This document shows positions 1 to 12,400 of a stretch of 64,000 nt of DNA, one piece after another. The notes beneath the pieces were generated by a model. That model worked only from the letters and a program-made list of their open reading frames with translations. It was not told where the DNA came from and searched no databases. The position numbers and the translations under genes were made by a program. Positions within the stretch are counted from its first letter, which is position 1, and each line of letters opens with the position of its first letter. Source of the stretch: Ranitomeya imitator (taxonomy: Eukaryota); NCBI RefSeq assembly GCF_032444005.1, contig NC_091283.1, forward strand, positions 176,762,001-176,826,000. Direction: 5' to 3'.

Positions 1-34
1 ATCATTTTTCTATGATCTTTTTTCTACACTTTAA

Positions 35-382
35 AGGGGTTATCAGGAAGCTTATTGTTTTGGTTGCTTAATACCTGCCTGTTCTGCACGGGGAAGATCT
101 CTGCCGGCTCAGCCAGTGATTTTGGACTGCTGATGCAAGGCTGATTGATAGCCAGCCCCCTACTTCCTAACTGAGGGGGCTGGGTATCGATCAGCATGGC
201 ATGGGCAGAGACGCCCCATCAACAGAGCGGAAGAGAAAACTCTACTCTGACGTGAGGTTACCGGAAGTCACAGAATCGCTGGCAGGAGCGGCCCGTGACC
301 ACTGAGCCGGCAGAGATCCACGCCATGCAGTGAATTACCTGCCTGTAAGTTCTAAAAAATATTAAAACTCCCGATAACCCCT
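35..382. mobile_element. T2/Kolobok-like MITE (TTAA target, AGGGG termini)
   Basis: TTAA (31-34) + AGGGGTTATC at the left end; GATAACCCCT + TTTA (383-386) at the right end. Related short TTAA-AGGG elements recur, e.g. 15388-15549 with a perfect TTAA TSD. Confidence 0.6.
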
Positions 383-463
383 TTTAGTGGGGTGTTTTCT
401 GGTTACTCACTGGAAATCTACCCAAGTTGTGCCATCAGATCTGAATCTGTCCTGTGTTCCCAG

Positions 464-3400
464 CCGCATGAGCCAAATGTTAGAAGAAAAGCAGCATGGC
501 GAGCAGAAGTCACGCTCCGAACGGGAATCCATACTAGACCGGCTGCACCAGCAGACAGCAGAGAACACTAGCCTCCGCCTGGAGTATGAGAAGCTTAAGG
601 TCTGTTACTAGAAGGACAACAAATGTTGTGGCCCTTTTGTTTCAGCTTTTGATGGGGTCTCACAGCAAACATTTGTCCCATTGATCTGCTGATGGTGTGC
701 TGTAAGCAAAATCAGTCTCCTTCTCCTTTTTACTATCCCTGCTGACTGTCTCCTCGGCTCCACAACCATGCACAGGCCCCGCTCCTCTTCTGACAAGCCG
801 GCCAGAAAGCTCTATCTATTGGCTGCTCACAATGATCCCTACTCTGCGGCAGTGACTGAGCATGTGTGTCCTCTGGCACTGAGCTCATGGCGTGGACGAG
901 CACATTGCTATACACTTTAAACACCAGGTGGCGCCATACTATGAGTAAATCGCATAAATCTGCGTGTTTTAGTTTTTTTAAGGAGAAGGTAAATGGCAAA
1001 TATTGTTAACATATTATGACCCATTTAGTGATATTTAAAGGGGTTGTCTACCTCTGGATAATTCCTTCTTCACAGCTCTCATAAAAAAGGGCATACTGGC
1101 TTCCTGGAACCGTTCCTCGAATCACAAAGCTGTTTTTCCAGCAGTCACATGACTTTAACATCATGTGACCATTAGTCAATCAGCAACCTCCGATCGACTG
1201 CAACCTTTACATCCTCTCTGATGGAATACTGAAGGCCGCAGCTGTTCAAGTGTTGATTGGCTGCAGCGGTTGAGGGATAGAGGGCAATGGTCGGAGGAAT
1301 GGTGCTGATCTAGTAATCTTGGAAGTTGTAATGTCCTGTGTTACTATTATCTAGGCACAACTAACCACGGTGGAGGAGAAGCTAAGTCTGGCTCACAGCG
1401 AGGTGCAACAGCTCAAGAGCTCTCTGTGGCAGTACGAGGGTCTCGTAGACACCTACAAGGATCAGGTTTGTTCCTCCTTGGTACAACGTAATGGCTGATA
1501 ATCGAATATACACTATGCAAACCGGTACTGATCCTACTACCTACCACGTACCATAGCATGGACCACCCTGAGAAAAGCTGCACAACTGCCCATGTTCAAT
1601 CCATAAAGACCCTAATTCTCTCCTATAGATGAAGAAAACTCGACAGGAGGCCGATCAAATGTGCGTCCAGCTGGAAAGATCGGACATGGAGAATAAGAAC
1701 ATGAAGGAGGAAATGAACGTGGAGCTAGAGCAGGTATAAGTGATTTATTTAAAGGGGTTGGCATGGATGGCCAAACATGGCTTCAAAACAGCGCCACCCG
1801 TCTGCAGGATGGCTGTGGGATTGCAGCACTGCACTATTCATCTTTAAAGGTTATTTTTTTCCGATTTCGGAAAACGTGTCCCCTAGCTGCAGTTTTATAA
1901 AGGGGTGAACAAAGTACGCTTTACTCTTGGGGTCAAGCACCGAGGCGCGGTGTATACATCCGGAGTGACAGAGGCTTCAGATCTACCATAGCTCTTCAGC
2001 TTCATTTGCATATTAAGTCAAACTCTGACTCTCATTAACAGACTGACCATGTGAAGGTATTGCTGGACTTGTCTTTGAAAGGGATAGGAAGCCATGTTTT
2101 TCTAATCCTGGACAACTCTTGAGCTCCCAGTCTATAACCTCTAATAAAGGGTACACGTGCAGTCCTACATGTGCCACATCTGCAGTGTGGTGGCTACAAG
2201 CCTCACATGGGTGCCAGAGCATTCGGCTCATACTGACCAGCCAGCTTAGGGACAAGGCCGACTGCACTGCACCCTTAGGCCGCATTCACAGACTGGACGA
2301 GGGTCTTCTGACCCGAATTTAACAGCCTCATAGGCATATAGGACAGTGTGTCCTGCTGGTTCGTGACTAACAGGCCAATGTGCGTATGCAGTCTTATACA
2401 ATAACCTATAGCCCCCTACAGCGCCCTCTCATATGTATTGTGGGGGCAATGTTAGTAGATCAGCTGCCTTATGTAAAGTGTATGAACATAGTAAACCTTT
2501 GGAGGTACCGTCTGGACACATACCCGCCAGGGCTTCCTTTTGCATAATCCGATGTGTTCTAGGCATTGGTGGACACAGACACAATGGAGGATGGGACATT
2601 TAGAGTTTTCCTATTACCAGATATTTTTAAGTTCATGAAGGTATATAGTTACCAGATGTTACTAGTATCAATACTGAAGCATCGGACAACCGGTCCAGCA
2701 GACGATCAGCGCCGGCTACTGAAGATTACAGGATTGCTCCGAAACAATGAAGTTTCCTTGAGGCTTCAAACTTTTTTCTTACATATGGCTACTTGTGAAT
2801 TTTCCAACTTAGTAAAATGATTGGATGTGATGTCGATTCACAGCACTTCTGTGCCGTCCATCTGTTACATGCACTAGAGGGGTTCTCCGGACTGGACAAT
2901 CCCTACTTGCTACAAGGTTCCCTTGACAATAAGCTGATCACACTACGTCCCCCTTCCTGGGACCCTCCACTGACCTGTGGGAACTCCTGCCAGTAAGTGT
3001 TTAGATTTCCTGCAGTGCCACCATAGAGGAAGTGAAGTATTACACAGTTCCCATTCACATCAATGGTTTGTTACATTTCGGACAGGACGGGTCCTCTGGT
3101 ATCTACTCAGACCAAGACATGGACCCCCTCTACTAACTAATGGCCTGTATGGAAATGGATTTGCCAAATTGGACAACCCTTGTAATTGAGCGCCAGACCT
3201 ATAGCTGGATTTGGGATATGAAACGATGCCAATCTCCGGGACCAGGCATGGCCACCTCTTACTCCACAGAGGGATCCAACTTCTTGGTGTCTGTGTCCAC
3301 CAATTTCCAGAACAGTGCCCGTAGACTAGCCTTTTCCCTGCACGTAGGTGTATCTCAAATTAGCCTCTCCCTTGTCTCCAGATTCATCGAAAATTTCAGA

Positions 3401-6400
3401 ATCGTTTGGAGGAACTGGAAAAGCTACCAGAGATGCAGAGGATGACGGAGTTGAAGCTTCAGGACTGTCAGGACCATCTGCAGGGGTACGAGCAGAAGAA
3501 TGCCGAGCTTTCCTCCATCATCTCCGATCTGCGGATTATGGTAAGGAACAGGCTCTGCCATGAAGATGCTGGAGAAGCAAGGTGGAATTTTGGTAGGAAA
3601 GGAGTCAAAACCACAGTTCTCATACAGTACCGGAAAATCAGACCCTGGATTAGCAAACGCCAGACAGAATGTAGGAAGCTGACCAACAGATGGAGGAATC
3701 TCAGAGATCTGGCTGACAACCAATAATCTCCAGTGTAAGTTGTCAATGAGTACAAATGGCTCTACCTTTTGTTCATGTTGTAGATGGAGCAGCAAGGAGA
3801 CAAGATGGAGTCCACAAGAGATCGCTATCAGTCTGCATTGGAGGAGAATAAACTTCAAGCTCTAAAACTAGAAGAGTTAGAAAGGTAAGTGATCTGTAAC
3901 ATGAGGGCGCCAGGTATCCGCACTCTGGGCATGCATATTGCAAGACCCGACCCATGGGCATCAGAGAGGACCCCCGTGTCCTGTACAGCCCCCAACCTGC
4001 CCCAGACATGACACAGACCCAGCAATGCTGTTGCACACTCACCCACATGGCTAAACTTTGTGATGCTCTTCTGATAAAGGAGACTGGACGACTCTGGAGC
4101 TCAGAACCGGGAACTTCTACAAGTCGTGGCCAAACGAGAAGAGACGATTCATCAGAACCAGCTCCGCCTCGAGGAGAAAACCCGGGAGTGCGCCTCTCTA
4201 TCTCGCCAGTTGGAGGCGTCCATCGAGGATTCCCGTAGACAGGCAAGTAGGGACATTTACGACTCTTCAAACGAAGCACAGGTGCTTAGTGCACTCTTAG
4301 CGCTGCAGAATAGTTCGGTGCCCCTTGTTCGTAATTACTTGTTTTACATCTATCACCCCCTCTGGCTCCTGTAAAGCCAAAGCTGTCAGTCAAGGAAAAG
4401 GAGGGCTGACATGGAGGGGACAACAAGTGGGAGGGAAAACGCATTAAACTGTTTAGCCACACCAAGGGTGCACTGAGCGCCTTTGCTTGGTTTGAATAGT
4501 CATTTTATGCAATCATACTCGCTTTCAAAATACAGGCACCCTGCATTCGGGCTTTAGGGCATGCGTATTCATCATACGTACAGTTTTTAGCCTTCTGTGT
4601 GTGAATAGGGGTTTATGGTAACTTTCAGCCTTATGAGCTATGAGCGTATACAAGGGGCGTAAGGTGACTGCAGTGCATCGAGCAATCACTATAGAAGATA
4701 TCCCCTGCTGTAATTTTCTAAGCCCTAATTGAAAACTCTACATACTTTTTTTTTTTTTTTTTTTTTAGGTAGAGCAGACCAGGGATCGAGCATCATCCAA
4801 AGAGAGGGTCACACAATCCAAAATCCTGGATCTGGAGACACAACTGAGTAGAACCAAAACTGAATTAAACCAGTTCCACCGCAGCAAAGAAGACGTAAGT
4901 TGTGGGTTCAGCGTCATGTGAATGTCAGAATGGAAATATCACATTTCTTATCCCTACAGAAAGGTGGTGATCTGCAGACCTCCAGTGTCTGAGGAGTGTA
5001 GAGACAGGGGTTGGCGGGCGCCCAGGTCCGCTAGCAGAAACCGCATAGATCAGGGATCGTCCCGCCGAACGCCCGCTCTCCCTTTAATGTGGGGATAACG
5101 CTACTCAGACAACACGGGATGAGGGTAAAACAGTGTGGCAATACTTTATTGAACCACAAAACAGGCAGATAACACGTAGAACAGCCCCAGTAAATACCCC
5201 AAGATGGTGCACATTAGAGTCTCACCCTTCCATTGACTCGCTGGGATAATGACAGCTGTTACTTCAGAGCTCCCAGGGTCCACTACCCCACCTGTGGCAC
5301 ACACAGACAGGAGGTAATGACAAGCTTAGGAAGATGAAAGTCCATTGAGGTACAAGGCCAGTTGACATGAGGGTCACAACCTGGCTTCTCCAAACATCTC
5401 CTTGGAGCCAGGTGACCGTCAGGTCCCAATCCTGGCTTTCTCCAAACGGAGACATGGTTCAGCGATGGTCAATGGAGCAGATCTGTATTCTTCCAACCGG
5501 GAGCGATGCACCCTAGGCTGTTTCCTGTAGCATAATAGAGCCGTGTCCCTCCAGATGGAGCAATGATGAATTGGCAGCAGTTCTGTAGGGTCCGGTCCCC
5601 TGGATGCTTGGATGACTTGGCAGAATCTCTGGCTGTCTTTCTCTCTCTCTTTGTACGGTGGCATGTAACCTATTTTGATACGTAAAATGTCCTTCATTCA
5701 GTATTTACATTAAGGGTAAGAATGAATATGAGATCAAGTAGCATTACTTAATTTAATATATTTGCATAGTTTTTCATCCTCTGTTCTCAAAGTCAACAAT
5801 CTATCTGGCCTACACAATGCATAATCGGCATATCAGTAGACCTCACTAGTCATCAAGGATAAGAGCACAATATGCTATAAGACATGTCAATATCACAAGC
5901 TTACAAAAGTAAAATTCTGTTTCTCCTACGCCTCATTGGGGGACACAGGACTGTGTGTGTTATGCTGCTGCCTCTAGGAGGCTGACACTAAGTGAATATA
6001 GATAGATTAACTCCTCCTCTGCAGTATATACCCTCCTGCTGGCTCTAAGTGACCCCGTTCTTGCTTAGTGTCTGTAGAAGGCACTTAGGTCTGGTTTTCA
6101 GACCACAACGTTTTTATGTTATTTTTTACTTTTCTGTAAATTTTTATTTTTAATTAACGGAGTAAAGGGGGCGACGGATCCTTTCAAGGTTCCGATTTCC
6201 CCCGAAACATCAACAGGCGAGAACGCGGAGTGTCGCCTCTCTGTACCCTCTCATGCGATGTGGGAAGCCATGCCTGAGCTCACTTCAGGGGTGACGGTTC
6301 CTTCATGTCCCGATCTCCCCACACCAGCAACAGGCGAGCACATAGTGTCGCCTCTAGGTATCCTCTCCTGGAGCCAGGCCTATAGCCGGACATACGGCCC

Positions 6401-9400
6401 TGTTCCATGGATATACAGAGGGCCCACTATGGCGTCCGTGCAGCCCCCACTGCATCACCACTGATTCTATGCAGATGATGGAAGGAGGCAGAAAGGCTCT
6501 CTCCACCCCCTTTGTCTATATAGATGGTGGATTGAGAGAGAACCCTAGGACCAGCACACCTGCAGCTCTGGCTCTGCTACATCTCCTGGCACTCCGTGTG
6601 TAAGACTGCAGCTGGTTGAAGGCTCCATCTGGGCGCAGAGAAGGGGGTCCTGGTCCCAGGAAAGAGGAGGTGTCCCAGTGTTCGACGGGTTTTTTTCTGC
6701 ACACCGCTTCAGCTCTCCTTACTTTGCTCCCCCTGGCGGCGTTGGGGTTTCCAGTCCCCCGCCCCAAAGCCTGGCACACAGGCGCTGTGGTGAACGACCG
6801 CAGCCCGCACTTTCACTCGGCCCAGAAATTTAGTCACCGGCTTCTCGTAAGCCGCAGGTTCGGTGGGTGCTGCGGTGAACGACAGCGGCCTGCTCTTCCC
6901 CTGGCTCCAAAAATTTAGTCCCCGGCTTCTAGCCAGTATAGGCCGCATTTTTATAGCCCTGCCTACCGAGGGTCGTGCCGCACGTGTGTTCTGACGCTTC
7001 TCATTCTAAACGAGAAGTGCCTTCTTTATCTCGGCGGCCATCTTCCGACATCTCCATTAGCGCAGCAGTGGGTTGTTTTTTTTTAGGAGCCTGGACATCG
7101 GCAGGGACAGCAGGAACAGCGCTGACAGACGCGCTGTGTGGGCGACAGACAGCGGCACCTCCCCAGGGGACTCAAGACACAGGACCTGGGTAAGCTGCAG
7201 GATCTTAGCTTAACTGTTCCTCTGCACGTACATCCTTCCTATCTCTTTCTGGACACCAGGGTACACTATGTCTCAATCCAAAACATCCAAAAAGGCTAAC
7301 AAAACACATACTGTGTTTTTTGCCTCATGTACCATTTGCAAGGTTTCTTTGCCCCGAGGCCACAATACTGTGTTCTGCACGGCCTGTGACCTGGTTTCTG
7401 CCCAGGAGCCGCTCGCCACTGCTACCGACCCTAGCGAGCGTAGTCCCCCTGAGTGGGCCACTTCGCTCTCACGGTCAATGGCTTCTCTGGCTAAGGCAAT
7501 AGACTCTCTCCGGGAGATAGCAGCTATAGTGGTGGTTCCATTCGCACAGCTACACCTCCGCCCCTTGCAACATGCGCTTCTGGCGGCTTGGGACAGGAAT
7601 CCGTTCTCTCTCGACCGTTGATTCCACCACTCTCAGCGGGTCAAACAGACCCTCAAGTGGTGGACGTTGAAGTCTTCGCTGAATCAGGGGAAGTCCTTCC
7701 TTCCAGTGCATTGGCTAGTGGTGACCACAGACGCCAGCTTTCTTGGCTGGGGGGCAGTTTTCCATCATCACACGGCACAGGGGCACTGGTCTTCTCGAGA
7801 GCCGCGTCTGATAATCAACATTTTGGAGATACGGGCAATCAGGCTAGCCCTTCTGCGGTTTCATCACCTGGCAGGTCGACCCATCAGGATTCAGTCCAAC
7901 AATGCCACAGCTGTGGCGTACATCAACCTTCAAGGGGGCACCTGCAGCAAGGCAGCCATGATCGAAGTAGGTCACATTCTCAGATGGGCCGAGATGAACC
8001 GCGCGGTGATCTTGGCAGTCCACATCCCAGGCGTATAGAATTGGGTGGCAGACTCTCTCAGTCGCAGGGTCTCGCCTCGGGAGAGTGGTCTCTATATCCG
8101 GAGGTTTTTTTAGCAGTTCTGCTGTCACTGGGGGACTCCGGATGTGGATCTGATGGCCTCAAGGCTAAACACCAAAGTTCCCAAGTTCATAGCTCAGTCC
8201 CACAACCAGGGGCCATCAGAGCGGACGCACTGGTCCTTCCGTGGCATCAATTTCGGCTTCCGTATATATTCCCCCCCGCTCCCCTTCCAAGGGTCATTAA
8301 GAAGATCAGAGCGGAGGGGGTACCAGTTATCCTGGTTGCGCCGCATTGGCCACGCCGGATGTGGTACACGGAACTAGTTCAACTCGTCACGGACTTCCCC
8401 TGGCGACTGCCGGATCGCACAGATCTGCTGTCACAGGGCCCTATTTACCATCAGAACACCGAGGCCTTGTGTTTAAAGGGAACCTGTCACCCCGTTTTTT
8501 GAGATTGAGCTATAAATACTGTTAAATAGGGCCTGCGCTGTGTGTTCCTATAGTGTATGTAGTGTACCCCGATTCCCCATGTATGCTGAGAAATAACTTA
8601 CCAAAGTCGCCGTTTTCGCCTGTCAATCAGGCTGGTCAGGTCGGGAGGGCGTGGTGACATCGCTGGTTCTTCCTCAGCTTTACGTTGGTGGCGTAGTGGC
8701 GAAGACACAGCGCGCGATCTGCGCTGTCATCCCTTTCGTCGGTGGGGGCGGCCATCTTCCTGGGGCCGCGCGTGCGCAGATCGAGTGCTCTGCTGCACGG
8801 GGCTTCAGGAAAATGGCCGCGGGATGCCGCGCGTGCGCATTAGAGATCGCGGCGGCCATTTTCCCAAAGCCGAGTTTGCATCTCGGCTTTGGGAAAATGG
8901 CCACCGCGATCTCTAATGCGCACGCGCGGCATCCCGCGGCCATTTTCCTGAAGCCCCGTGCAGCAAAGCACTCGATCTGCGCACGCGCGGCCCCAGGAAG
9001 ATGGCCGCCCCCACCGACGAAAGGGATGACAGCGCAGATCGCGCGCTGTGTCTTCACCACTACGCCACCAACGTAAAGCTGAGGAAGAACCAGCGATGTC
9101 ACCACGCCCTCCCGACCTGACCAGCCTGATTGACAGGCGAAAACGGCGACTTTGGTAAGTTATTTCTCAGCATACATGGGGAATCGGGGTACACTACATA
9201 CACTATAGGAACACACAGCGCAGGCCCTATTTAACAGTATTTATAGCTCAATCTCAAAAAACGGGGTGACAGGTTCCCTTTAATGGCGTGGCCATTGAAT
9301 CCTGGGTTCTAGCTCAGGCAGGATTCTCTCATCAAGTGATGTCCACCATGCTTAATGCTAGGAAGCCCGCATCTATGCGCATTTATCACGGCACCTGGAA

Positions 9401-12400
9401 GACGTTCTCATGGTGCAAAGACCGTGGACGTTCTCTTCTTGACTTTTCCATTCCTTTCATTTTGGACTTTCTACAGACTGGATTGGACTCAGGTCTCGAA
9501 CTTAGCTCACTCAAAGGACAGATTTGAGCCTTATCGGTTCTGTTCCAATGCAGGATTGCCAACAAATTACAGATGAAGACCTTCATTCAGGGAGTCTCAT
9601 GTGGTGCCTCTCTATAAGATGCCGCTGGAACCATGGGATCTTAATTTGGTCTTATGGGTTTTACAAGAGGCCCCTTTCGAGCCGCTGCAGGATGTCTCTC
9701 TAACTTTCCTTTCCTGGAAAGTAGCTTTCCTAGTTGCGGTCACTTCAATCAGGCGAGTCTCGGAGTTGGCGGCCCTGTCCTGTTGAGTCCCGTTCCTGAA
9801 TTTTCATCAAGATAAGGTGGTTCTGAGGATGTCCCCATTTTTTCTGACGAAAGTTGTCTCTTCTTTCCATCTCAACGAGGATATTGTTTTGCCCTCACTC
9901 TGTCCGGCACCAGTACATCGCATCAAGAAGGCTCTTTACACCCTGGATCTTGTGAGAGCCCTGAAGAGATATGTCTTGCAGACAGCGTCTTTTCGAAAGT
10001 CAAATGCCCGGTTCGTGCTTCTGGAGAGGCATAGGAAGGGCCTAGCCGCTTCAAAGGCCACAATAAGCCAAGTGGATTCGCTCTGCTATTGAGGAGGCCT
10101 ACCGTGTAAGGCTATGTTCACACTTTGCAGATTCCACTGCGGATTTTTCCGCAGCAGAATTCCAAAATCCGCAGTGAAAACCGCAGCGCGTTTTCACTGC
10201 GGATTTATCGCGGTTTTTACTGCGTTTTCTTCTGCGGATTTTCAACTGCAGTTTTCTATTGGAGCAGCTGAAAATCCGCAGAAAAGAAGTGACATGCTGC
10301 GGAATGTAATCCGCAGCGTTTCCGCGCGGATTTTTCTGCAGCGTGTGCACAGCGTTTTTTGTTTCCCATAGGTTTACATTGAAATGTAAACTCATGGGAA
10401 ACTGCTGCGGATCCGCAGCGGTCAAATCCGCTGCGGATCCGCAGCAAAATCCGCAAAGTGTGAATATAGCCTTAGGGGTGAACCTGTCCCAGCAGGGATT
10501 AAGGCACACTCCACTCGGTCAGTGGGCGCCTCTTGGGTCATTCGGCACCAGGCGTCAGCAGAACAAGTCTGCAGAGCTGCGACTTGGTCTAGCCTGCATA
10601 CTTTCACAAAACATTACAGTATTCATTCTCAGGCCTCTGCAGATGCGGCCCTCGGCAGACAGCTTCTGCAGGCGGTAGTACCGCGTCTGTAACTCGTTGG
10701 TACATGAGGTAATAGTTGATTGTTCCCCACCCAGGGACTGCTTTAGGACGTCCCATGGTCCTGTGTCCCCCCAATGAGGCGTAGGAGAAATGGGGATTTT
10801 TGTGTACTCACCATAAAATCCTTTTCTCCGAGCCAATCATTGGGACACACAGCACCCACCCTGTTAGCCTGATGGCTTGTGTTTGTTTCTTGGTTTTGAC
10901 ATAGTTTATTCTTGTTAATGGTTTTAAGCTCCTTCTGCGGTTACCGAACTAGTTCAGTTAGAGCGAGCAGGAGGGTGTATACTGCAGGGGAGGAGTTAAT
11001 CTTTCTATATTCATTTAGTGTCAGCCTCCTGGCGGCAGCAGCGTAACACCCATGGTCCTGTGTCCCCCAATGATTGGTTCGGAGAAAAGAATTTTACGGT
11101 GAGTACACAAAAATCCCTATTTTCTTGACCAGCCAGAAATAAATACTTACATTCTTTATGGCTTGCTAAAACTACTTGTCTGGTTAATTAAGATACAATG
11201 CTGTGTCTCCGCAAGGAGTCCTAACCTCAGTGTTGTGGCCATACACAAAGGACAAATGTCTGTAGGACCAGATGACCAGCTAATGTGTATAGGGGTATCC
11301 TCAGCTCACAACAACGGCAGATGTGAAAGGGTCGGCGACGTTGCATTTGAACATGCCTGATCCTATTTTCATTTTAGGCGTGCATGTGGTAAGAGGTAAA
11401 TCATGCACGCAGAGGTAATGGTAAGAGATAAATCCACTGGGAATATAGAGTACAGACCAAAAGTTTGGACACACCTTCTCATTTAAAGATTTTTCTGTAT
11501 TTTCATGACTATGAAAATTGTACATTCACACTGAAGGCATCAAAACTATGAATTAACACATGTGGAATTATATACTTATCAAAAAAGTGTGAAACAACTG
11601 AAATTATGTCTTATATTCTAGGTTCTTCAAAGTAGCCACCTTTTGCTTTGATGACTGCTTTGCATACACTTGGCATTCTCTTGATGAGCTTCAAAAGGTA
11701 GTCACCGGGAATGGTCTTCCAACAATCTTGAAGGAGTTCCTTCAAGCCCTTTTGCCTTCACTCTGCGGTCCAGCTCACCCCAAACTATCTCGATTGGGTT
11801 CAGGTCTCGTGACTGTGGAGGCCAGGTCATCTGGCGTAGCACCCCATCACTCTCCTCCTTGGTCAAATAGCCCTTACACAGCCTGGAGGTGTGTTTGGGG
11901 TCATTGTTCCGTTGAAAAATAAATGATGGTCCAACTAAACGCAAACCGGATGGAATAGCATGCCGCTGCAAGATGATGTGGTAGCCATGCTGGTTCAGTA
12001 TGCCTTCAGTTTTGAATAAATCCCCAACAGTGCCACCAGCAAAGCACCCCCACACCTCCTCCTCCATGCTTCACGGTGGGAACCAGGCATGTAGAGTCCA
12101 TCCGTTCACCTTTTTTGCGTCGCACAAAGACACGGTGGTTGGAACCAAAGATATCAAATTTGGACTCAGACCAAAGCACAGATTTCCACTGGTCTAATGT
12201 CCATTCCTTGTGTTCTTTAGCCCAAACAAGTCTCTTCTGCTTGTTGCCTGTCCTTAGCAGTGGTTTCCTAGAAGCTATTTTACCATGAAGGCCTGCTGCA
12301 CAAAGTCTCCTCTTAACAGTTGTTGTAGAGATGTGTCTGCTGTTAGAACTCTGTGTGGCATTGACCTGGTCTCTAATCTGTGCTGCTATTAACCTGCGAT

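Larger units (their letters stand above)
5920..11123 (+). mobile_element. DIRS1-type tyrosine-recombinase retrotransposon, internally deleted and decayed, in the last ODF2 intron
   Basis: Left ITR ~5920-6050 is inverted at ~10955-11073. The internal complementary region 10757-10850 has halves complementary to the left terminus (5920-5951) and right terminus (~11067-11118). Coding relics: gag start with CxxC..CxxC (7268), RT thumb (VPFAQLHLRPLQ), RNase H (VVTTDASFLGWGA), methyltransferase-like (YIFPP..VILVAPHWPRR) and YR (TSIRRVSEL; AHSTR; WSSLHTFTKHY, ~9288-10680), with stops and frameshifts. Confidence 0.92.

Noticed and set aside
4997-5709. Possible solo LTR (TGT...ACA, minus-strand AATAAA)
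   Set aside because: No matching TSD and no second copy in the window.
8651-9105. Twin 141-aa ORFs on opposite strands
   Set aside because: Artefact of the GC-rich palindromic MITE.
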